A stretch of DNA of 63,841 nucleotides, filler included, from Octopus bimaculoides (taxonomy: Eukaryota), in assembly GCF_001194135.2 (NCBI RefSeq). It is 4 parts of 4 records of this genome, joined end to end, with 100 filler letters (N's around TTAATTAATTAA, not from the genome) between each part and the next. Parts side by side here need not be neighbours in the genome. Positions count along the whole stretch, not along the records: positions 36,699 to 63,841 come from NC_068996.1; 3 more parts are not named here. One strand, 5' to 3'. The notes beneath the pieces are model-generated. The model did no database searches. It was not told where the DNA came from and was given only the letters and a program-made list of their open reading frames with translations. This document shows positions 51,814 through 63,841 of this stretch, piece by piece; the stretch's first letter is position 1, and every line of letters begins with the position of its first letter. A program made the position numbers and the translations under genes.

Positions 51814-52291
51814 TTTATTTAAAAGCAGCAGAAATATAACAAAAAAACCGTTACTCTGAGTTTCACGTTCCTGTTCATCTGTCCGGTGAACGGGANNNNN
51901 NNNNNNNNNNNNNNNNNNNNNNNNNNNNNNNNNNNNNNNNNNNNNNNNNNNNNNNNNNNNNNNNNNNNNNNNNNNNNNNNNNNNNNNNNNNNNNNNNNNN
52001 NNNNNNNNNNTTTGAGTACTCTTTTTTCCACCTTGTTGCACATTTCATGTGCTTGCTCCGGTATACATATATATATATATATATATATATTTGCACGTGT
52101 TCTAATAGATTTCTTTTCTAAAAGAATAGAATTTTTCACAGAATTCAGGCTAGTCAAGTAAAAGCGAGAAGATTTCTTGCGTCAATCAACTCATTTGCAG
52201 GAATTTGTGAATATGTAAGTGAGGTAATGTATACAAAAATATAGGTTCTTCTTTAGCTTCTTCAGAAGATGATAAATGTTATGAATAAGCT
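49546..52291 (+). repeat. Local ~200-bp direct duplication (49546-49744 and 52093-52291)
   Basis: gcacgtgttctaatagatttc...gttatgaataagct at both sites, with scattered substitutions. Confidence 0.9.
50170..50530 (+). mobile_element. SINE family A
   Basis: Head, caccttggacaagtgtc core, and tail running into a gap. Confidence 0.82.
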
Positions 52292-52444
52292 ATTGGAAAT
52301 GGTATATTTTAACTTTAATTTTCGATACAGACTTTACCCCGAGCGTCAAATCAATATATTCGCATTGACTTTTATTGTTTCTGTTTTTGTTCTTGAATTC
52401 GCCATTCGTCCCCCATTTGCATTTACCCGCGCGCGTATGTATTA

Positions 52445-52764
52445 GTACAGCTATGCCATCAGAGGTTGTTGGCACTCCGTCGCTTACGACGACGAGCGCG
52501 TTCCAGTTGATCCGATCAACGGAACAGCCTGCTCGTGAAATTAACGTGCAAGTGGCTGAGCACTCCACAGACATGTGTACCCTTAACGTAGTTCTCGGGG
52601 ATATTCAGCGTGACACAGAGTGTGACAAGGCTGACCCTTTGAATTACAAGCACAACAGAAACAGGAAGAAAGAGTGAGAGAAAGTTGTTGTGAAAGAGTA
52701 CAGCAGGGTTTGCCACCATCCCCTGCCAGAGCCTCGTGGAGCTTTAGGTGTTTTCGCTCAATAA
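52445..52764 (-). mobile_element. SINE family B (head in gap)
   Basis: Near-consensus reverse copy. Confidence 0.88.
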
Positions 52765-53302
52765 NNNNNNNNNNNNNNNNNNNNNNNNNNNNNNNNNNNN
52801 NNNNNNNNNNNNNNNNNNNNNNNNNNNNNNNNNNNNNNNNNNNNNNNNNNNNNNNNNNNNNNNNNNNNNNNNNNNNNNNNNNNNNNNNNNNNNNNNNNNN
52901 NNNNNNNNNNNNNNNNNNNNNNNNNNNNNNNNNNNNNNNNNNNNNNNNNNNNNNNNNNNNNNNNNNNNNNNNNNNNNNNNNNNNNNNNNNNNNNNNNNNN
53001 NNNNNNNNNNNNNNNNNNNNNNNNNNNNNNNNNNNNNNNNNNNNNNNNNNNNNNNNNNNNNNNNNNNNNNNNNNNNNNNNNNNNNNNNNNNNNNNNNNNN
53101 NNNNNNNNNNNNNNNNNNNNNNNNNNNNNNNNNNNNNNNNNNNNNNNNNNNNNNNNNNNNNNNNNNNNNNNNNNNNNNNNNNNNNNNNNNNNNNNNNNNN
53201 NNNNNNNNNNNNNNNNNNNNNNNNNNNNNNNNNNNNNNNNNNNNNNNNNNNNNNNNNNNNNNNNNNNNNNNNNNNNNNNNNNNNNNNNNNNNNNNNNNNN
53301 NN

Positions 53303-53720
53303 CCTTATTTCTTTATTGCCCACAAGGGGCTAAACATGGAGGGGATAAACAAGGACAGACAAAGGGATTAAGTCGATAACATCAACCCCAGTGCGTAACT
53401 GGTACTAAATTTATCAACCCTGAAAGGATGAAAGGCAAAGTCAACCTCGACGGAATTTGATCTCAGAACGTAACGGCAGACGAAATACCTATTTCTTTAC
53501 TGCCCACAAGGGGCTACACACAGAGGGGACAAACAAGGACAGACAAACGGATTAAGTCGATTATATCGACCCCAGTGCGTAACTGGTACTTAATTGATCG
53601 ACCCCGAAAGGATGAAAGGCAAAGTCGACCTCGGCGGAATTTGAACTCAGAACGTAACGGCAGACGAAATACCGCTAAGCATTTCGCCCGGCGCGTTAAC
53701 GATTCTGCCAGCTCGCCGTC
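53303..53720 (-). mobile_element. Tandem SINE family C: full copy at about 53490-53720 plus headless copy at about 53303-53490
   Basis: Two successive tail and core matches, with only one head. Confidence 0.85.
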
Positions 53721-54229
53721 TTCCAGAGTTCTGCCACAGAACTAAAAGATAAAATATATGCATGGAAACAGTAAATACAAATGAATAGTTGCCTCTGTGT
53801 TGCTTTGATTAGAAAAGAAAACATTTTTGAAATCAGTTTTCTATCGATCGGCTATAAGCTACATAAGCTTGATGAACGGCTATTACATGTTTGCATACTG
53901 TGGTTATTTTGCATTGAATAAATAAAGTTACTTATAAAATGGTACCTGATTTTTACATTTCTCTTATTAGAGTCTACCCACTTGTAATATTTCGTAGCAT
54001 ATTTAAAATGGCCGTTTGTGAATGAGATATAAAATTGCTACTCTACTCGTAGGAGAAGGCTGAGACGCCTTTACCTATACACAACGATTTTAAACAACGC
54101 ATAGCGTTTTGATTGTTTATATATATTTGTGCGCACGCGTGTGCGCGCATGTGTATGTATGTGTGTGTGAATAAAAAATTTAGACAGAGAGAGAGAGAGA
54201 TCAATAGACAGACAGACAGACAGACAGAC

Positions 54230-54304
<75 letters not shown>

Positions 54305-55772
54305 ACGCGTATGTATATGCGTCCAGCAACCCTTTGATGCATAGCTTAAAAATAGCTTTGTTTTATATTATTTTCACAACTTTATAAATGATATTTTCGC
54401 TTTTATATATTTTACACGAATTTTCTTTCTCTTTTGTTTCGTCTATTATTTTTGTTTTCCTTCTTGAACTTTTACTTTCTGCTTACCGAAACTGGTGCCT
54501 CTGCTTGCCATAAAGTAATTCTATGTCAAAACTTTAAACACCGGAAGTGTCTAATACAAAATGCAAACGTTATAAAGTTGATATAAATGTTAATTCGTGA
54601 TGCCACTTTCCTTATAATATATACACACTTACTAGCGCTCAGACATGTGAGTATGTATACATGACTCCATATAGGTGTGTATTTATATATGTAAATGTGT
54701 CTGCGTGCGTGTATTTGCGTGTCAGATTATAAAAACACGCACACACACACACTCACACACACGTTTTGAGCATGTGTATTGGGATGCATGTGTACTTNNN
54801 NNNNNNNATATATATACATATATATGCGTGTGTGTGTGTGTATTATATAATGCGTGTGTGTGTGTGTGTGTCTGTGTGTGTGCGTGTGTATGTATGGATA
54901 TATGTGAATAAATATAATGCATGCATGTATGTATGTCTAAAGATGGACTGAGAAAGGGAATGTGTAGAAGATAGTCGTGGAAATAAATGTAAATTTAGTG
55001 AGGCAATAAAAGACGAAACTGTAATTCAAACGAAGCTATTACCAGATCAACGGACATCAATAGAACTTCAACACATCTTGGCTGCCAAGTCAGTCGCAAA
55101 TGGCGTCTCTGGCAGAATTCTGTTTACAGTCGTCAGCGTTGTTTCTGTTTAGAAGAGTTATATTTAATTGCACCCCCAATCCTTGGCCACCGTGCGTTTG
55201 CTCCTCAACCAAAGTTACTCTTTACAGTAATTCGAGAATGTTAAGTGGTAGAGTAGAATATCTTCTGTATATCAAACACTGCCGTAATGTTCGTACTACT
55301 TATAACATACCATCGCCTTTCATTAACATCATCACCACAACGAGAGAACTTCTGTAAAGGTGACCTTCCCTGCGTAACATAGTAGTCAAATCTAACTCAA
55401 TTTACACACTGGCATTCTTGAAAAACAGAAGGATAGTTTGGACAGTGCAATTGTACACACCAAATAAAAGACAGGTTGATTATTGTTAGCCTGTCCTTGA
55501 CATAGATATGAGATATTTTTGCAGCACCACTTTGACATAACCAATTCCCATCCCCTCATATTCATAATCATACACACATACATATTAAAAGAACCTGAAG
55601 TGAATAAACTGTAAATTTTTGCGTAAATCATGCTACACATGTTTCGGCGGTATGCTTATGTACTTTTTATAAATGTATTACATAATATGAACTGCAGAAC
55701 CAAACCACTGCGTCAAGCATTTTTAGACAGACGATCGGTAAAACTGTTCTCCATAAATATAGGGAGAATTTA

Positions 55773-55799
<27 letters not shown>

Positions 55800-55813
<14 letters not shown>

Positions 55814-58310
55814 AACAAAAGACGAAAACGGGTGTGTAAGCAACAAACAGATGTATTAGCTTAACGCTTGGGAAGTGAGAAAGTCTTTTACATTACGAGC
55901 CTACGCTCTTCGACAGAAAGTAACACAGAAATAAACAGGGAGAGAAAATAGAAAAACGTTTAGTGGGTAGCGATCTATCATGGTGAATGCCATACAGAGG
56001 GGTCACACAGGAGAGCTAGGAAGAAGGGGAGATAATAAAGTAGTGGTGATCCCAAAACGCAGGTGCGTGTGCGTGTGTATGTGAGAGCGCGTATGTGTGT
56101 GTAGAAGGGGGCTGGTGACATGGACGTGTGCGTGTGTGCATATGTAGGTGCTGGGAAGTGGTCAGTGCTATTGTGTGTGGGGGTGGTCTTATGTGGTGTG
56201 GTGTGGTGTGGTATGGTGGTGTGTCGTGTGGTGGTGTATGGTGTGGCGTGGTAGTGTTGGGGTGGGGGAGGCGAGAGTGGGGAAAGCAAGGATGGGTCTA
56301 AGGGATAGGATGGGATGGAATGTATAGAGGTGGGATAACGATGGGGGTGACAATGAAGGGAGAGGGTGGAAGGGAGAAGGTGGGTAGGAGTGAAGCGAGG
56401 AAATAGGTGCCAGAACAAAAGAGGAGAGGTGGATGGGAGGAAGTGGGTGTGAGAGGAAGAGAGGAGAGAGGAAGAGGGTTATATGAAGAGGGGAGGAGAG
56501 TTGAGCTCATGTGGCGCAAAGGAGCGAAGAGAGAAGATTAATCATTGCTCACGGCGAAGACAGGAGTCCGGACGACCCCTGTGCAAGGACAATCCGATCA
56601 CAGTTAGTTGTTATAAAGAGTGACCGGTAGAGTCGAAATGGCGCAAGACTGGGGTGTCGTTGCCGAGATGGATGTCTCGGAGATGTTCCGCGAACCGGTC
56701 AGCCAAGCAGCGTCCCGTTTGACAGATGTATAGGGAAGGACAGAGAGAGNNNNNNNNNNNNNNNNNNNNNNNNNNNNNNNNNNNNNNNNNNNNNNNNNNN
56801 NNNNNNNNNNNNNNNNNNNNNNNNNNNNNNNNNNNNNNNNNNNNNNNNNNNNNNNNNNNNNNNNNNNNNNNNNNNNNNNNNNNNNNNNNNNNNNNNNNNN
56901 NNNNNNNNNNNNNNNNNNNNNNNNNNNNNNNNNNNNNNNNNNNNNNNNNNNNNNNNNNNNNNNNNNNNNNNNNNNNNNNNNNNNNNNNNNNNNNNNNNNN
57001 NNNNNNNNNNNNNNNNNNNNNNNNNNNNNNNNNNNNNNNNNNNNNNNNNNNNNNNNNNNNNNNNNNNNNNNNNNNNNNNNNNNNNNNNNNNNNNNNNNNN
57101 NNNNNNNNNNNCGGGTGGTAGGTGAGGGGAAACGGGAGACGGGTCACAGCGGGGCAGGTGCGGAGGGAGAGATCAGTTACATGGTCCGTGGAATGTGCTC
57201 TGGGAAGGGCGGTGTCAGTAGTAGTGAGGGGATATCTACGTAGGATGAAGTGGCGAGCCATGAGATGAGACTGAGTCTCAAAGTCATGGTTGTCACTGCA
57301 GAGCCTGAGTAGACGGAGGAATTGGGAATAGGGGATGGAAAGCTTGGTGTGTTTAGGGTGGGAGGAGGAGAAGTTGAGGTATTAGTGCGAGTCTGTGTGT
57401 TTGTAGTGGAAGGAGGTGCTAAGAGTGGAGTGATGAATGCTGACCGAAATGTCGAGAAAGGCGACTGGGGTGTCGGTAATAGTGCAGGAGAAGTGGAGGG
57501 CCGGATGGAAATATTTGAAAGAAGAGTGGAAAGAGTCTAGATGTTCGCAGGAGAGTGAGGTCGCACCGATACAGTCCTCAATATAACGACCGTATACTGG
57601 GACCAGTGAAACTTGAGAATATTTGGGCCGCAACGTAGCCAACGAACAGGTTCGCATAGTTGGGGCCCATTCTCGTTCCCATGGCCACTCCCAAGTAATG
57701 CTGGTAAAAATCACTTGCAAACAAGAAGCCGTTAAGTGAGAGGACAAGTTTTGTCACGCGAAGGAGTATGGATGTGTCAGGTTGGGGGTTGGGTCGATGG
57801 TCGAGGAAACGTTGGATTGCATGCAGCCTCTTGTGATGAGGGATCACCGTGTATAGACTCTTGATGTCAAGAGTGAAGATAAGTATAGAGGGTCCAGGAG
57901 GGAAGGAGAAAGAGGTGAACAAGCGAAGAGCATGGTTGGTGTCATGAATGTGAGAGGGGAGAGAAGCCACTAGGGGGGGAAGGATACGGTCGAGATATCT
58001 GGAGGTGAGTTCGGTGGGGAAGTTGCAGGCGGAGACGATGGGGCGGCCAGAGTCATTGGGTTTGTGGATTTGGGGGGTGTAAATTGTGGGAGTGCGAGGA
58101 GTGGGGACAATGAGGTTAGAGGCGGTGGGGGATACGGGGGAGGAGATGAGGTCATGGATAGTGGAGGACACAGTCTGTTTGTAGCCGGGCGTGGGGTTGG
58201 AGGGCAGAGGGCAGTAGAAGGAAGTGTCTTGAAATTGGCGGAGAGCTTCCGCCATATAGAGGTCCGAACTCCACACCACCACGTCTCCTCCATTGTCGGC
58301 CAGTTTTAAG
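55800..58310 (-). mobile_element. Penelope-like retroelement, 5'-truncated and frameshifted (RT, GIY-YIG, 3' region with hammerhead relic)
   Basis: IHKPNDSGRPIVS, LDIKSLYTVIP, GVAMGTRMGPNYANLF, YGRYIEDC, then LYICQTGRCLADRFAEHLRD...HFDSTGHS. Confidence 0.92.
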
Positions 58311-59744
58311 GGAGAATAAGTAACCCCCTGATAAAATGGAACATCATTGCTAAAGCCAGAAAATAGAGAGGTACCAAATGTGACCTCTATATCACTGAAA
58401 AACTAAATATTATACAGTCAACAGATAACATCCTAAATATTATGGATGAAACCTCTTCCTGCATACAGAAGCAATATTTCACACTTAGGCACTTCAAAGA
58501 GGAACCACTACCCACGCCACTATACCCACGAGTATAATTCTTTTCCCAGAACGTCAAAATTGAATATATACAATACAAGAACTTCACACATAGAAGAAAC
58601 ATGCCCTAATAACGAACCATCTCAGCACACAAATATACGAACATCACATATACCAAGAATATGATATAATGGAAATAAATTTATTATCCAATATGACTGT
58701 TTTCCCAAAAGTCAAAACCAAGGGAGATAACCAAACAAATGGTGTCATCCAAGATTAGCTCACCTTGATTTATTGTTTTATTAGATTTCTGCGAATTCAC
58801 AAGGCTTTGTGTTTTCATTCAAAGTGGAGATGATCACCATTCCTCCATGTGATCGGCTTGAAAAAATTGTTAAGATATTAAGATATTTTTCTTAACATGA
58901 AACCAATGGTAGCCTGAAAACACAAATAAAGAAATTTTATCTACCAATGTGGTGATGAGCACTCATTCCCATCATTCAATATTTACGCATGTAAATATAT
59001 AAATATACATATATATATATAACCCAGTCTTATTCAAATGTGTACTACTTTTCTTCCGGTCGAAGAAGGAGGTTCTGCTTATGCTCTTATATGCATATAT
59101 AATTGTAGATGCGGGCAATACAAATTTGTGCTTATATAACTTACGTTTATTTTAATATAGGTCGTAGTATTATATTACTTTTCCTCGAACTGAGTTTTTC
59201 TTTAATCGAGCTTTATTCTCACCCCCTTCCATCACAATCCATTTTTCTCTTAATTTGATAAGAGTAATTTATATATTCAAGTACATGTTAAACTCACATT
59301 TACACAGGCAACTTTCCTTTCCTTTTTAATGTTCAAAGGGGAAGAAAATAAAACCCATAGATATATCAGTGAAATAGGCACAGTATTTCTAGCATCCGCT
59401 GACTTACAAGTGTATATAATCTTACTGAATTCGATTTTTATAGTTGTCTTCCGGCTAAAAAATGTGTCCGTTAAAACTATTCTTTTTGTCTATATTTTTT
59501 TACTATCTAGCTACCGGAAAACACGAGTTTAAAGCGGGTATATAATATATTTAATATATATGTTTGAAGTTGTTTATAATTCGGTTAGTTTACATGACAT
59601 AAATTGCTTGAAGTTTTTCGCATACAGGACTCATTCATGGAATGATATGTAATAGTCGCTTTCATTCGGTAATATTATTACATACATACATCCTTACATA
59701 CACATATATGTGGGTGTGCATGTATATGTATGCACACACACACA

Positions 59745-59808
<64 letters not shown>

Positions 59809-59878
59809 NNNNNNNNNNNNNNNNNNNNNNNNNNNNNNNNNNNNNNNNNNNNNNNNNNNNNNNNNNNNNNNNNNNNNN

Positions 59879-59914
<36 letters not shown>

Positions 59915-60539
59915 TATATGAGTACAGGACGCCACCAACACCTTTTAAGGCGGTGCTCCAGCATGGCCGCAGCCAAATGAATGAGACAAGAAAAAAACAT
60001 ATATCAGTGAAAGCACCCGGTCACCGCATGACAGTCACAGGTTATTTCCAATAGAATGAGATCAAATGATATGGGAGTTTCGGAGCCCATGACAAATATT
60101 TCCCATCTGCTATGAGCTATATGTGTACTGTTATGCACCAAGAAACTATATGAAAGGATCTATCAAGGCTCACATTTAGTTACAATTATAATTCTCCTTT
60201 CTAGCGATTCGCTAAATCAGCCATAGATTTCTATGATGATAATTTATATACCGATAAAGAATCAAGTCCGTAATCTGCCAAGGTCGAGCCAGACCTTACT
60301 GATGAAGCAACAGAAATAGCTGAAACTGACTGTCATTATAAAGAATTCTCGAAAGGTACTTTCGGACGATGACAGTCCCTGCCAGTATATACATGTATAC
60401 AATTATGTGCTTTCACTACAGTATTAGAGTATTTTAGTTCCTATTTCTATCTATATAGGCGTTTCTAACACCCTAGTCACATTTAATAACGATTATAGTT
60501 TTCCAATTTGGTGAAACAAAGCAAACTGTAGCGTACATG

Positions 60540-60575
<36 letters not shown>

Positions 60576-61153
60576 NNNNNNNNNNNNNNNNNNNNNNNNN
60601 NNNNNNNNNNNNNNNNNNNNNNNNNNNNNNNNNNNNNNNNNNNNNNNNNNNNNNNNNNNNNNNNNNNNNNNNNNNNNNNNNNNNNNNNNNNNNNNNNNNN
60701 NNNNNNNNNNNNNNNNNNNNNNNNNNNNNNNNNNNNNNNNNNNNNNNNNNNNNNNNNNNNNNNNNNNNNNNNNNNNNNNNNNNNNNNNNNNNNNNNNNNN
60801 NNNNNNNNNNNNNNNNNNNNNNNNNNNNNNNNNNNNNNNNNNNNNNNNNNNNNNNNNNNNNNNNNNNNNNNNNNNNNNNNNNNNNNNNNNNNNNNNNNNN
60901 NNNNNNNNNNNNNNNNNNNNNNNNNNNNNNNNNNNNNNNNNNNNNNNNNNNNNNNNNNNNNNNNNNNNNNNNNNNNNNNNNNNNNNNNNNNNNNNNNNNN
61001 NNNNNNNNNNNNNNNNNNNNNNNNNNNNNNNNNNNNNNNNNNNNNNNNNNNNNNNNNNNNNNNNNNNNNNNNNNNNNNNNNNNNNNNNNNNNNNNNNNNN
61101 NNNNNNNNNNNNNNNNNNNNNNNNNNNNNNNNNNNNNNNNNNNNNNNNNNNNN

Positions 61154-61185
<32 letters not shown>

Positions 61186-61220
61186 TATATACCTTATATA
61201 TGTATATATATATATATATA

Positions 61221-62032
61221 CGAGATCTGATCAATAAGTATCCGGACTGTTGCTATAGTTATAAAGTTAAACCACGCAGAGTAAAGCCGTTTGGCAAAGA
61301 TTGACATTAACCTCTGAAGGTGTGTAGCGTATGATTGTTGCATTGCATTGACCATGACAGAAAGTTGTCATGGCGATACCTGCACAGAAACCTACGCAAA
61401 GTTGCAGAAAGTGCATGGAGGGGATTGTATAAGCCGCACGCAAGTGTAAGAGTGGTTCAGATGTTTCCAAGATGGCCGAAAATTATCAATATCGATGAAT
61501 GTTGTGGGAGACTCGCAACCAGCAGAACTGAGAAAAACTTCGCAGATATGTGTGCATTTGTGAGGTGAAATCGTCGAATCACTATCCGTGTTTTATCAGA
61601 AGATGTGCAGTTACGGTGCAGTTAAGTACATCATCACTGAAGATTTGGGTATGAGATGCCAAGTTTGTGACAAAATTGTTTCCAGATGAACAAAAAACAC
61701 TTGGATTTCAGTTGCACAAGATCTCCTTGATTTTGTCGAGAACAATGAAAACTTTTCAAAAACTTTGCGTAGGTCTCTGAGCATGTATCGCCAAGCCTTT
61801 GGCAAAATTTGATGCAGATATTCTGCTCAGTTTTCTGTCATGGTCAATGCGACAATCACACGCTACACACCTCCCTTCCAAGCACTTCTGTAAACAGCGG
61901 AAGTGAGGTAGAACGTTAAAACTTTGTGCACATGTAAAGTAGAGACCACGTTCAATCTATGCGAGTTGGCTTTACTCTGCGTGCTTTAGCTTCGTTATTA
62001 TGGTAACAGTCCGGTTACTTATTGATCAGACG
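61221..62032. mobile_element. Non-autonomous mariner built from two inverted 5' ends
   Basis: TIR ctgatcaataagta.ccggactgtt at both ends with TA flanks. Both arms read inward into the mariner N-terminus (ETYAKL / RICIKFCQRLGDTCSETYAK). Confidence 0.85.
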
Positions 62033-62219
62033 TATACGTGTGCATGTATACATACATGCACTAGCAAATTAAATAAAGAATATCGTGCATAGTATAACAC
62101 AGCATGGAACAAAAACCCAGTGCGGCGAAAATCATAAACATTATGCCTGAAAGCATAAAAGTCACTCCTATACAAGCGATAGATATATATTTTTGAGTCA
62201 TGTCAGGTAGGTTTTTACT

Positions 62220-62410
62220 TTTTATCTGTTACATGTTTCACTCATTAGACAGCGGCCATGCTGCGGGACCGCCTTGGAGAATTTTTACTCGAATCAAATG
62301 CACCCCGCCCCAGTACATTTTTAAGCTTGATACTTAAGTAACGGGAACGTTAAGCTACGGGAATGTAAACTGACCAACACCATTGTCAAGCGGTGGTGGG
62401 TGACAAACAC
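62220..62410 (-). mobile_element. SINE family A 3' part, diverged
   Basis: ttagacagcggccatgctg...cattgtcaagcggtggtggg. Confidence 0.7.
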
Positions 62411-62431
62411 ACACAAACACACGTACACGTA

Positions 62432-62495
<64 letters not shown>

Positions 62496-63806
62496 AATTT
62501 AGTAAATGGAGTAAAACGCATATGTTAAATGAATTCTTTTATTTGCAACATATGTTTCGAAGATTACAAATTGTACCTTCCAATTTAAATTAGACTGGCT
62601 AATTCTATCCACATCTTTACCATATGACAAAGGTAAAAAATTCTACCCAGTATGCAATACGGAACTGTTTTTCATTTTATTCTCGAAGAATAAACTGGTG
62701 AACACGTTCATCGAAAACTCATACAGATGTAAACACTGGCAGCAACACGTATTTTTTTCCCTTCAGGTAAAAAAAATACCTATTTATATAAAGCTGACAA
62801 CTCAACTTGTAACATATTAGTTCCTCAAATAATTCAAGAGACACATGTTAATTATACCTTTATATGTAAAAAGATATGGCAGACTTATCTCGCTTGATAT
62901 ATGTTATCTAAACACTATTTATTTTTGAACCCAAATTAGAAACCAATAACATCTATAAACATATACTCAAACATTACTTTCAGTTCAACTTAACATAAAC
63001 ATTACTTCCTACGATGTTCAATACGTTGTGCTCAATTAACCTTATTCACTTGATTTCATACTTTTTCCGTACATCCATATCATTCATTTACTGCTTTCAC
63101 TTCATTCAGCAAATATAGGAATTATTTATCCTGTTCCAAGTTGTATTAACGGCATTATTCTACGTCTACGAATTCCAATTGTCCTCGTAAACTTTCTTAG
63201 ACACATCTAAGATTCTGAAAACAATCCTAGTTCACTTGTTTACGTTCATCGTAAGATGAATCCAAAACATATAAATATTCTCTTCTCTCTGCTCTATGAC
63301 GTATAAATTACTGAACAATATAACATTCTATTTTTCTCTTGGAAAACCTCTGCACCAACAGATATAGAACCTGATTATCGAAGTAAACTTTGGTAATAAT
63401 ATTAACTTAGTCTTTACAAGTAATTTTTACTCCTTTAACCCCTTCTTTTTTCTCCTTTCATTTCCATCTAACTTAACAACATAATCTATCTCTGTAGATT
63501 AATTATCAATCATTTAATATCTTACTAATTAATACAAGCATCATTTTCCTATACATATAGCACTGCTTTAATATCAATCACAACACGACTACCGTGTGGA
63601 TATACGTACAAATGTGTGTGTATATATATGCGTGTATGTGTCCATATGTATACATATGTGTGTGTGTATATATGTGTATGCATGCTTGTATGTATATGCA
63701 TGTGTGTACACATTTATGTATATGTATAGAGTTGTGTATGTGTATGTATATATATATATATATATGCGTGTGTGTGTGTATGTGTATGCACATGTATGTA
63801 TGGGTG

Positions 63807-63841
<35 letters not shown>

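Noticed and set aside
55100-55357. 85-aa plus ORF starting in a CAAATGGCG context
   Set aside because: No recognisable domain or convincing donor. Length is within chance for this sequence.
4462-63793. Long ORFs made of X, poly-YI/HT/CV, poly-F/K/R/L and similar
   Set aside because: Translations of N gaps and microsatellites.

Overview
Repeat-dense, gap-rich eukaryotic window. The SINE families and microsatellite load look like an octopus draft assembly (inference). The only well-supported protein-coding gene is on the minus strand at the left end. Its exons 6996-7019, 6063-6099, 5678-5805, 3216-3291 and 869-1027 splice in phase to give a signal peptide, a 6-Cys TB-like domain and a thrombospondin type-1 repeat. 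That is the N-terminal architecture and Cys spacing of properdin. The gene continues beyond the left edge. The rest is intron or intergenic DNA: three tRNA-derived SINE families, Penelope-like retroelement relics with decayed hammerhead ribozyme motifs, a ~325-bp hammerhead-bearing repeat interrupted by a CR1/L2-type LINE, RTE fragments, pogo, mariner and hAT relics and MITEs, telomere-like palindromic cassettes, and many microsatellites. Most ORFs in the supplied track are microsatellite or N-gap artefacts. Repeat boundaries are by eye and approximate.
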